Below, piece by piece: positions 1 to 8,400 of a DNA stretch of 64,000 bases. Within the stretch, counting starts at the first letter, position 1. Every line of letters starts with the position of its first letter. This DNA is from Escherichia coli (GTDB lineage Bacteria; Pseudomonadota; Gammaproteobacteria; Enterobacterales; Enterobacteriaceae). A program made the translations under genes and the position numbers. Below the pieces are notes generated by a model. That model did not search any database and was not told the DNA's origin. It saw only the letters and a list, made by a program, of their open reading frames with translations. Location of the stretch: assembly GCF_003991155.1 (NCBI RefSeq), contig NZ_CP031294.1. The stretch is one strand, 5' to 3'.

Positions 1-1198
1 AAAGATTGTCGTTAATTACACATTTTATCTTAGAAATAAACTCAGATTCATTGTCCTTGAATGAGTCACTAAAAATATCCCAAACATTGTTAACCTCACA
101 TAAAGCCTTGTGTTCTTTATATTGTTTATTTTTTTCTTCTATTATACCTCGAATATTGCTTTCAGTAGAAAGATAACCATTCTTGAGATAAAAATCTATG
201 TCATCATCGAAAGCAATTTCCGCTCGTTCATAAATAATATCAAGACTATTAATAAATGAATATACAGAATCATCCTTTTTATCATCTAACATGTAATCAA
301 ATACATGTATGTTTTTAATTGATTCTTTAAACAAGGCATAATCAACACCTGGAACACCAGAATAGTAAACCACTGAAAACAGAACCAATCTATTGATAAA
401 ACTTTCTCTAACCTTATCCTCTGCCAAGCTTAGCTCATTCCTAAGATTAACCAGAGATGTTTTTATTTTATTTAATATACGGATATTTTTAATGCCTAAG
501 TCATTTGCTAAGACTTTTAACAAAAGAAAATCAGAATCAGTTTCATAAAAAACTTTACGTAAGTTCTTCTCAGGCGTAGGATCGTATTTTATTTCGACAT
601 CAATTACTTTTTCTCTGTACTCTAAAAACTGTTTTTTTGCAGTTTCATCATGTAAATTATCTTCATTTAAAATTAGAACAACTTTGCAACCTTTTCTTCT
701 TGCTAATTCATCAATTACCCCCATAATTTCTTTAACTTCTAGCGAATTACCTTTTCTTTCAACATCATCAATACAAACCAAATAATTATTAACAAATTTA
801 TACTCAAGAGATGACAGCAGGTTATCTGTTTTGAACCCAAAAAAATCGTTCTTTCCGAAATGTATTAAAAATTTTGACAAGGAGTTGTATTTCAACCATC
901 CCCAAAACCCATTTCTATAACGAATCATAGTTCGATCCGTTTCAGATAAAATTAGTTCTTTATATTTCTTTTCATTAATTGGTGTGGCACAATGATAAAG
1001 AGTTTTTTTAATATCACCAATAGAGTTAACCCCAAACAAAGAAACATACGAATATGCATTAAAATCTAATCCTTCAGAATGCTTAGTATAAAAACTATTC
1101 CAATAATGAGTTTTACCAACGCCCCAATCTCCTTTTATGACGGCAACCCGATGATCTGAAACTAGAAAATTTTTTAGAAATGATTCTATCGATTCCAT
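1..1198 (-). CDS. KAP-like P-loop NTPase (partial; C-terminus runs off the left window edge)
   Basis: Absent from the ORF track because there is no stop in the window. Manual reverse-strand translation from ATG 1198 is open for all 399 codons: MESIESFLKNFLVSDHRVAVIKGDWGVGKTHYW... Walker A GDWGVGKT (GxWGxGKT/S form of KAP NTPases). Walker B-like LVCIDDVER. AGGA lies 9 nt upstream. Strikingly AT-rich versus its neighbours. Confidence 0.7.
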   Translation of the reverse strand, partial: MESIESFLKNFLVSDHRVAVIKGDWGVGKTHYWNSFYTKHSEGLDFNAYSYVSLFGVNSIGDIKKTLYHCATPINEKKYKELILSETDRTMIRYRNGFWGWLKYNSLSKFLIHFGKNDFFGFKTDNLLSSLEYKFVNNYLVCIDDVERKGNSLEVKEIMGVIDELARRKGCKVVLILNEDNLHDETAKKQFLEYREKVIDVEIKYDPTPEKNLRKVFYETDSDFLLLKVLANDLGIKNIRILNKIKTSLVNLRNELSLAEDKVRESFINRLVLFSVVYYSGVPGVDYALFKESIKNIHVFDYMLDDKKDDSVYSFINSLDIIYERAEIAFDDDIDFYLKNGYLSTESNIRGIIEEKNKQYKEHKALCEVNNVWDIFSDSFKDNESEFISKIKCVINDNL

Positions 1199-1219
1199 TA
1201 GTATCAATCCTTTAATTCA

Positions 1220-1248
1220 TATATTGGGCGTAACAAACGCCCAATATA
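1220..1248 (-). terminator. perfect 12-bp-stem hairpin between the partition operon and the NTPase gene
   Basis: TATATTGGGCGT-aacaa-ACGCCCAATATA lies directly after the stop at 1250. There is no clear U-tract, so it may be an insulator or processing hairpin. Confidence 0.4.
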
Positions 1249-1249
1249 A

Positions 1250-1609
1250 TCAACCTTTCTTCATCAACTCTCGTTTAATTTCATCGGTACGCATCGTAAC
1301 GTCGGCAGCTGTGATCGCCTCGTTAAGCTTCACGATGTCCTCGATTTCCTGCGGTGACTTCTCTGCCAGATGGAAAATGGCTGCTCGAATCACGTCAGAA
1401 CGAGTGAACTTCTCGAAGCGAGGGATGAACTTCATCATCTCCAGCAGTTCGAAGTATTCGTCTTCCAGTGACATTGTGCGGCTTTTAATTTTCTCTTTGC
1501 CACGAGTCGGGCGTCCCTGTGGTCTGACTGGTTGGCGCAAAGGAGTTGTGTTCTTAGCCGGTGCATCAGGCTCTTTGCGCTTTGCTAGGTCACCCATTTT
1601 CATGGACAT
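1250..1609 (-). CDS. partition centromere-binding partner (ParG/RHH-like)
   Basis: 119 aa. Basic disordered N-terminus (KRKEPDAPAKN...RPQGRPTRGKEK) plus a helical C-terminal domain. The start overlaps the parA stop. Size and position are typical of a type Ib ParA partner. Confidence 0.55.
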   Translation of the reverse strand: MSMKMGDLAKRKEPDAPAKNTTPLRQPVRPQGRPTRGKEKIKSRTMSLEDEYFELLEMMKFIPRFEKFTRSDVIRAAIFHLAEKSPQEIEDIVKLNEAITAADVTMRTDEIKRELMKKG

Positions 1610-2277
1610 TATTCTTCTTCCTCCAGACTCAACAGATAATCTACAAATTCTTCAAACTCGGCTTCCGCCTTTTTGTCGCGCTCGTTACCGGTCATTTCAA
1701 AGATAGAACGACCAGACTCTTCCGCATCATCATAGACGTTGCGGTTATATAGATTGACTGGCGCAGACTCGATGCCAAACGTCTCAACAATCTCTTTAGC
1801 CGCCAGAATGCGAGACACTTGTGATGGCAAAGCCGGGCACTGGTTCATGACCGCGCGGACCTTCACTTTATCGTTTACATTACGAACATTGTCGATAATA
1901 GGATCAATGTCACGTAAAGATTTCAAATCACGACGCTTAGGACGCAGCGGGATAATGATAACGTCAGCCATCAGCATCGCTTGTCGCTGAATTTCGGAGT
2001 CGAAGCCACCAGCATCTACCACTACAAACTCAGCTCTACCCTGAAGCGATTTTAGGTGCTTAATGATGTCATCCTGAACGTATGCAAAAGGAATCAGCTC
2101 AAGGTCTTCGTTCTGTCGACGGTCTTCACACCAGCTCGTTGTCGTGCGCTGAATATCTATATCGGTAATATAAACCTTCTTCTTCTTTTTGACTTTCAGG
2201 CAAACGGCAATTTGCTGGGCAACGGTGGATTTGCCAGGCCCGCCCTTTGTGCCGCCAACCACAAAGATCTTGGTCAT
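1609..2277 (-). CDS. parA: ParA-family partition ATPase (small, type Ib)
   Basis: 222 aa. Deviant Walker A GGTKGGPGKST (KGGxGKS/T). ParA/ParF-like length. Confidence 0.85.
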   Translation of the reverse strand: MTKIFVVGGTKGGPGKSTVAQQIAVCLKVKKKKKVYITDIDIQRTTTSWCEDRRQNEDLELIPFAYVQDDIIKHLKSLQGRAEFVVVDAGGFDSEIQRQAMLMADVIIIPLRPKRRDLKSLRDIDPIIDNVRNVNDKVKVRAVMNQCPALPSQVSRILAAKEIVETFGIESAPVNLYNRNVYDDAEESGRSIFEMTGNERDKKAEAEFEEFVDYLLSLEEEE

Positions 2278-2312
2278 TGGAGAGTTCCCTTTGCGTATAT
2301 AATTATCGTCTG

Positions 2313-2343
2313 AAACAACTTGTTTTCTTATATGTGATATAGC
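2313..2343 (-). promoter_or_regulatory. E-type promoter/leader module (copy upstream of parA)
   Basis: The plus strand reads AAACAACTTGTTTTCTTATATGTGATATAGCC. It has the palindrome AAACAA-c-TTGTTT plus a downstream ATATC(-10-like) element on the gene strand. Confidence 0.5.
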
Positions 2344-2423
2344 CTAAATGCCTACGGCTGTGGTGTAAAGGTTAAATGGTAGGTGCTGCCTTAGAATTTT
2401 TAGGCGAGAATTAATGGCTGTTA

Positions 2424-2448
2424 ACAAAAAAGGCGACCAAAGTCGCCT
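2424..2448 (-). terminator. rho-independent terminator
   Basis: AGGCGAC-caaa-GTCGCCT followed on the minus strand by TTTTTTGTT. It sits 5 nt after the stop at 2454. Confidence 0.75.
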
Positions 2449-2453
2449 GATTT

Positions 2454-3206
2454 TTAATCTTTTAGGTATAAACCTACTGGAGTTCTTGTTTTGCGGGAGA
2501 TGATAAGTACGATAAATTTCTGAACGTTAACTTGCACTTTGTTTGGGAGCCAAGAGCTTAACTCTGCATCAAGCAACAATCCTCTGTTCCACGGCAAAAA
2601 TCCGGTTTCTTTCCCCATCCCGTACTCACCTAACACATCTTCGAACGTTTCTGTTTTGGCATTGTATATACGCACATCGCCGGTTCGCATGAGAGGCCCT
2701 GCCCAGATCTTAGCACCAGGAATGGTTTGTGTATCGTCGCAGACTAAATGCTCATACCAATGAAGAAGAAAGAGATAGGTACGGTGACACAATCCTCGCT
2801 GACGACGCTCTCTGACAGTTTCGACACCAGCTACCTGGTAACATTCGATCTCATTACCGTCTTCAACAAAACTATATTCACGCAGAGCTATCCTACCAGC
2901 GATCGTATTTTTGTTTTCGTCCAGAAGCCCGGACTGGAGCACCTCTTTGATAATCTCTTCTTCAGGGGCATCTTCATCCGCTCGATCTAAGATGAATTCG
3001 CTCAGGTCGCCTTGGTCGCGCGCACCTACACGTTCCATAGAGACATACAGGCAAATGTCATCTTCTGGTTCAATGATTTCAATTTCTGAGATTTTATAGA
3101 GGTAGGCTTCATTGATAAGAAAGCCAAAACGAACAACACGAGTCTCCCCTTTATGAGGAAACTCGCTTAGATCTTTTGAATATGCGCTATCTAGTGTAGG
3201 AGCCAT
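2454..3206 (-). CDS. hypothetical protein (250 aa)
   Basis: Long ORF overlapping the upstream gene by 16 nt and followed by a terminator. No motif recognised. Confidence 0.6.
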   Translation of the reverse strand: MAPTLDSAYSKDLSEFPHKGETRVVRFGFLINEAYLYKISEIEIIEPEDDICLYVSMERVGARDQGDLSEFILDRADEDAPEEEIIKEVLQSGLLDENKNTIAGRIALREYSFVEDGNEIECYQVAGVETVRERRQRGLCHRTYLFLLHWYEHLVCDDTQTIPGAKIWAGPLMRTGDVRIYNAKTETFEDVLGEYGMGKETGFLPWNRGLLLDAELSSWLPNKVQVNVQKFIVLIISRKTRTPVGLYLKD

Positions 3207-3574
3207 TTTGTAGCAGAATCATCAGCCTTAACCGTGCTGACAATGCTACCATGATTGCGTAAGAAGCGGCGAATAGAATGTTCAATAACCTCCGAAAAAG
3301 CCTCGATAAAACGAGACAGCTCAGGGTACTGTTTAGCTGGCTTGACTACAAAACGAACACGACCATTCAGGTAAATTGCTTCAGCTAATGGCTTCACGCT
3401 TGCACCAGCGCGCTCAACATCGTCTTTGAAGGTAACGATGAAGCGTGAGTCTTCCGGTTCAATAGCGTCATTATTGAGCTTACGTACTTCAAGCTTGTGC
3501 TGATTCAGCACATGAGTCTCGATAATACTCGTGCAATCGCGAATAGTTTGTATAGAACGTTTCTCGTTCAGCAT
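3191..3574 (-). CDS. hypothetical protein (127 aa)
   Basis: ORF with RBS AAGGTGGA 5 nt before the ATG. First gene of a 2-gene unit. Confidence 0.6.
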   Translation of the reverse strand: MLNEKRSIQTIRDCTSIIETHVLNQHKLEVRKLNNDAIEPEDSRFIVTFKDDVERAGASVKPLAEAIYLNGRVRFVVKPAKQYPELSRFIEAFSEVIEHSIRRFLRNHGSIVSTVKADDSATKWLLH

Positions 3575-3609
3575 GTGTCCACCTTAGCCGTTAACACAAG
3601 TGTCATTGC

Positions 3610-3660
3610 GGCACCCCTCTCGGGGTTGAAGGCTACGAGGATGCGTAGCCTGTATGTGCC
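3610..3660 (-). promoter_or_regulatory. structured 5' leader (two hairpins closed by GGCA/TGCC)
   Basis: Minus strand: GGCA..GGCTACG-catcct-CGTAGCC..CCCC-gaga-GGGG-TGCC, about 35 nt upstream of ATG 3574. A candidate promoter TTGAAT-N17-TAGATT lies further upstream at about 3680-3710. Confidence 0.35.
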
Positions 3661-3798
3661 CACTTACGTGGATGCCTAATAAATCTACATCAAATTACTA
3701 AATGATTCAACATGAGCTTGAGTGAACAGGCGTGTATATGAGTGAAGATGCCATCTTTAGGATAAAAGGTAAACTGAGACCACTCATCAATCATCGCC

Positions 3799-4026
3799 TC
3801 AGTTCAGGTGCCCCCACTCACACAGCCTTTCACCTATCGTATTGTGGATAAGCAACTGTCGCTCCGTTTCCTCAGTCATAAAATCCTCTCTACTCACATA
3901 GATAGGATTTGCAGCATCGCAGAATAGCACGCCTGGAGCCTGCGTCTTAATCACGCACCCATTTATCAAGCAGCTCGCGATGAACACCAGAGGCATCTTT
4001 TTGCCGCACTTCATTAACCGTTTCAT
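3799..4026 (-). CDS. o-spanin (outer-membrane lipoprotein, Rz1-like), overlapping the i-spanin gene
   Basis: Within ORF 3799..4131 the sequence MKRLMKCGKKMPLVFIASC gives a lipoprotein signal with lipobox IAS|C. The frame starts inside the 3' end of the i-spanin gene. The exact start (4026, 4014 or 3996) is uncertain. Confidence 0.6.
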   Translation of the reverse strand: MKRLMKCGKKMPLVFIASCLINGCVIKTQAPGVLFCDAANPIYVSREDFMTEETERQLLIHNTIGERLCEWGHLN

Positions 4027-4198
4027 TTTTGACATCCACTGTGCTTTGAAGTCGTTTTCTGTCTTCCTGTTTTGCCTTCTCTTCCATTGCTCGTCGCGCC
4101 GCATTTCCGCCCATCGTGTAAGCGCCGACAAGAACGAAAAGAACGGCAGCCAGCGTAATCAAAGCAACTTTTAGCTTTGTCATCAGGCTGCCTAGCAT
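3947..4198 (-). CDS. i-spanin (Rz-like)
   Basis: 83 aa. N-terminal TM helix KVALITLAAVLFVLVGAY followed by a charged coiled region. The ATG lies 2 nt after the endolysin stop. Confidence 0.65.
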   Translation of the reverse strand: MLGSLMTKLKVALITLAAVLFVLVGAYTMGGNAARRAMEEKAKQEDRKRLQSTVDVKNETVNEVRQKDASGVHRELLDKWVRD

Positions 4199-4199
4199 A

Positions 4200-4892
4200 T
4201 TAGACCATCCCTTTCTGGTGTCTTCTTACCTGCGACCAGGCGATAAATCCAGCCACAACAATAGTGGCAATACCGAAGATGATGCGTACTGTATCCCCGC
4301 TAGAGATATGACCTTGTGCTTTATCCATAGCAGCGGAAACCTGCGGCATAACATCGGCCAGCTGCGCCAGACCAATACCTGCTGTAACAGTTGCGCCAGC
4401 GGTTTCTTTAGTTACAGGAACAGCCTTCACGGTTTTCACCGGCTTAACGACGCCAGCTCGACGCAGACCTTCCTCAATAACTTCTGCCGCATACCAGGTG
4501 TTCAGCGTTTTTAGTGGACCTCGACCATTCTCGTGGCGAATGATTGCCTCAACCAAAGGTCGAAGGATGTCGTAATCATGCAGATCGATGATCATGTCTG
4601 CGGTTACACCAACGGCTTTAGACACCTCATTAATGTAGGCGTCAGTGTTGTTTTCATTCGGCGGTGCCCAACGTTCAATAACTTCACGAATGGTATCGAT
4701 ACTTGAGCCGTCTTTTGCGCGACGTTTGTCGTGGTAGGTAATTAGAGTCACCGCCAGCGCACGAATCCCCCAAACAGGGTCTTTAAACGTGCAAAAGCGC
4801 GGTTCGTCTGGATTCGCAACCAGACCTTGCCACGGTGATCCTTTATCAAGATTACCGGGGTTATTATTACGAATGCCTCTCGGAGTCTTCAT
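4200..4892 (-). CDS. putative peptidoglycan hydrolase/endolysin with a C-terminal TM anchor
   Basis: Start moved to ATG 4892 (AGGAG 7 nt upstream). N-terminal GIRNNNPGNL motif family is seen in phage lytic enzymes. C-terminal hydrophobic helix IIFGIATIVVAGFIAW. Position lies between the holin-like gene and the spanins. Confidence 0.55.
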   Translation of the reverse strand: MKTPRGIRNNNPGNLDKGSPWQGLVANPDEPRFCTFKDPVWGIRALAVTLITYHDKRRAKDGSSIDTIREVIERWAPPNENNTDAYINEVSKAVGVTADMIIDLHDYDILRPLVEAIIRHENGRGPLKTLNTWYAAEVIEEGLRRAGVVKPVKTVKAVPVTKETAGATVTAGIGLAQLADVMPQVSAAMDKAQGHISSGDTVRIIFGIATIVVAGFIAWSQVRRHQKGMV

Positions 4893-4905
4893 CCTTGATC
4901 TCCTG

Positions 4906-5241
4906 TTATTGCAGTCCACTTTTTACGCCATACGCGGCTAACCCCAAAAGCAGTGCGGTAATAATGAACGACGTTATTTTAGAAACAATGCCGCCAAAGA
5001 ACCCACTTGAGATGGAATCTAACCGGTTAAGGAGTTTGTCCAGATTGGAGTGTTGAATACTATGTTGCGCCGGGGTCATATCACCAAAGTAGGTTTTCAG
5101 CTGATCATTGACCTCCTGGCCAATTTCTTCACGTAGCTCTTTACCTAATTTGCCAACAACCTCCCGAGCAACGATCGCGGCAATACGCTCAACTTGCTCT
5201 GTTGTAACGCCCGCCATCTCGTTCGACATGTTTTCCTCCAT
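4906..5241 (-). CDS. holin-like membrane protein (uncertain)
   Basis: 111 aa, hydrophilic N-terminal part plus a single C-terminal TM (ITSFIITALLLGLAAYGV). First gene of the lysis block. Confidence 0.35.
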   Translation of the reverse strand: MEENMSNEMAGVTTEQVERIAAIVAREVVGKLGKELREEIGQEVNDQLKTYFGDMTPAQHSIQHSNLDKLLNRLDSISSGFFGGIVSKITSFIITALLLGLAAYGVKSGLQ

Positions 5242-5290
5242 GAAAAGTCAAATCGGGATGGCGGATTTATATCACACTTCTCCTTTCAAT

Positions 5291-5316
5291 TATAGGTATA
5301 TACTTACCTACCTATG
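5291..5316 (-). promoter_or_regulatory. L-type dyad motif (TAAGTA/TACTTA family)
   Basis: ATAGGTA-n10-TACCTAT with an inner GGTATATACTTACC. The gene strand reads GGTAAGTATATACCTATAAT, upstream of 5241. Confidence 0.45.
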
Positions 5317-5431
5317 CATATACCGTTTAACGGCTGTTCAAATTCGTATCTAGTAACTCACTAATATATCCCTATGATTGCGGCTGTGAGATCGCATTTT
5401 AAACCTCACAGCCATATAAATAATGTCTAAA

Positions 5432-8400
5432 TCAGTTACTTGTTGCCCCAACAGTACCTGCAAATTTCAGCCATTGACCTGACGGACTTCTATTACTACG
5501 GTAATGATAAACGAGGATTGCGTTTGTAACTCCACCGTAGTCAGCTTTATGTGACGTTGTTAAACGAATTGTATAATCACCGTTAGGTAGATTAAAAACT
5601 TCGATTATAGATTCTGCTAATTCTACAGCACCAAATCCCGTTATATTGTTGATACTGCCAGCATTGAATCCCATAGCATCGCCAAAGCCAATCCAATAAC
5701 TTTTGCTAAACGCCCCATTTGATTTTAGGTGGCTAATGAATGTGGACAAACTCATGCCCATATCCCCACCTGAAACAGAGGAAGTTCGCACAGTCATACT
5801 TGGAAGAGCACTGCTCTTCACATAGGAACTTAGAAGGTTTGTTACCTCTGTTTTCGTATAGGCATTAAGGTTAGCCGCAGTCAAAGTAATATCGGCAGAG
5901 CCATCAAACGCCACACCAGCAATTTTCCTTGCTGTCTGCAATTTTGTGGCAGTGGCAGCATTACCAGTAGTGTTCTGATTACCGGTTGTATTCACACCAG
6001 GTATTGAATCCTTAGCGGTATATACCTGCGCCCACGCAGACCATGCCGCATCAGTGGTATCTCTTCGGGAGCGAATGAAAACCGGCGCATGTGCACCGCT
6101 CGTACCACTCCAGCCAATAAGCAACTCGCCCTCACCAGCAGCACTCGCACCTTTCATGTGCAATACGTTGCCATACGTGGTCGGGTAGCTATTGCTGTAC
6201 GCCTCGTACATTTGAATGCCAGCAGTACCTTGAGCAGAACCGCTTAACGCCGTAACTCGGCCACGAGATACCAATGTATTAATGTTGATATCGCCTGAGC
6301 CATCAAACTTAACACCATTGATGTTTCTCGCTGTTTGCAACTTCGTAGCTGTTGAAGCATTACCGTTCAAACTACCATTTACGCCACCAGTCACATTTAG
6401 TCCATTACCAATTGATACAGCACCGCTGGTATTATTAATTGTAATAGGTCGCAAACCGTTCCATGAACCTAATGTGTCTCCTGATGCTGTTAGCATGAAA
6501 TATGTGTTCGATCCATCATTACGGATAAAGAACCCAAAGCTACCGTAAGCAATGCGGAAACCATTTGCATATTTTGAAATGATCTCGCCAGAAGATGTCA
6601 AACCTCCAGATAATGTACCACCGGTAAGAGGTAATGCACCGACATCAGAGGCTGTTGGTTTGTTTTTCGTGTTATATACTCTTCGCCATCCTGGAGAATA
6701 ATCTGTGCCATTAAATACATAGATAAACTCCGCATTAGTGAGAGCACCAGAGACACTCGTCGTTGTGGCCGTTGTTATACGGATCGTATAATTGTTTGAG
6801 CTACTACCGTTATTAAATACCTCTATAACAGCTCCTGCCAATGGAATAACGCCACAACCAGTTTCACTATTTGGTATGGTTGCACTATTGGCATAGGCCC
6901 ACGCACATCGAGCAATCCATGACTTTGTGTTAAATGCTCCATTATTTTGCAATAACGTCACTAACTGTGCTGTTGTTATTGCTCCGCCATTACTTCCTGT
7001 AGTTAACCAACCAGTAGGAGATGCCGGGCAACCTATATTTGCTGGCGACAAGGAAATATTTGCCGAGCCGTCAAACGACACCCCATTAATAGTACGCGCA
7101 GTCTGCAACTTCGTAGCAGTAGCCGCGTTGCCCGTTGTATTCTGATTACCAGTCGTATTAACACCTGGCAAATTAATATTCGCAGTACCATCAAAGCTCA
7201 CGCCGCCGATAGTTCTTGCCGTCTGAAGTTTTGTAGCAGTTGCAGCATTACCAGTGGTGTTCTGATTACCCGTAGTATTTACACCTGGAAGGTTGATATT
7301 TGCAGAACCGTCGAAACCAACTCCACCGATAGATCTTGCCGTCTGCAATTTCGTGGCTGTACTTGCATTACCATTCAATGAACCAGTTAATCCACCTGTA
7401 ACAGACAACGGACCTGAAACTGTTCCTCCGGTTGTTGGCAGTGCTCCAATATCTGATGGTGTAGGTTTCTGATGTGAGCTATACATCGTATAAACAACAC
7501 CATCGGTAACGCTGGAAGGCTTACTCGCTGAATATGTTGGCGAGGTATAAATAGAAACTGTCGCATTTGCAGTACAATCCCAATGGATATTTACACGAGT
7601 CGCATAATTGCCAATCTCAACGTAAATATCATATGTATCGCCGGATGTGTTGATCCAGGCGAAATTCGTTAATCCGACAGCTGTACGCTTCCACAAAGCA
7701 CCTGTAATCCCTTTGGGGTTTCCATTGCCTGCTCGTAGAACCAGTTCTGAAATGCCTGCCTGATGTGGGGAGCCGACGTTGTAACCAGCGCCACCAATCA
7801 ATGCGATGTAAACGATGGAACTCGCTTGTGGCATGGTAACCGTAGCCAGTTTGAACCACCCTGCCCCGCCAGAGAAAGACATCGTTACTGAATTTAAAGT
7901 ACCAATATCTTTCGGCGTTAATGTGATATCCGCAGTCAGTGCTTTACCGTTAACTTTTCGGTTAGATGGCACCCTGCTATTCGCATTGTCATTGGCTGCT
8001 TTAACTGCTTTTGGCGTTGCGGCCAGCGATTCACTGGTGCTGTCGACAGCACTGCTAAGTTTCACAACACCTTTAGTTGTAAGGCTTGCGTCTTCCATCG
8101 CAACTGCACCGGCAATCTCTTCAGCACGATCAGCAGCAGCTTCCGCACGGGTCGCAGCGGATTCAGCAGCAGTTTTGCTCTGAGATGCTGCCGTCGCACT
8201 GCCTGCCGCCTCTGTTGCTTTCGTGGATGCCGTCGTGGCACTGCCCTTCGCTGCTGACGCCTGTCTGGTCGCCTCATCTTTTGAAGCAGACGCAGATGAT
8301 GCCGATGACGCCGCCGAACTGGCGGACGATGCGGCAGCCGTTTTTGAGGATTCTGCGCTGGTTTCCGACGCTTTCGCGTTCGTTTCGGATGTCTTCGCTG

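Noticed and set aside
3843-3851. Perfect DnaA box TGTGGATAA
   Set aside because: It is a single isolated copy inside the o-spanin coding sequence, with no AT-rich unwinding element or further boxes. It is most likely chance.
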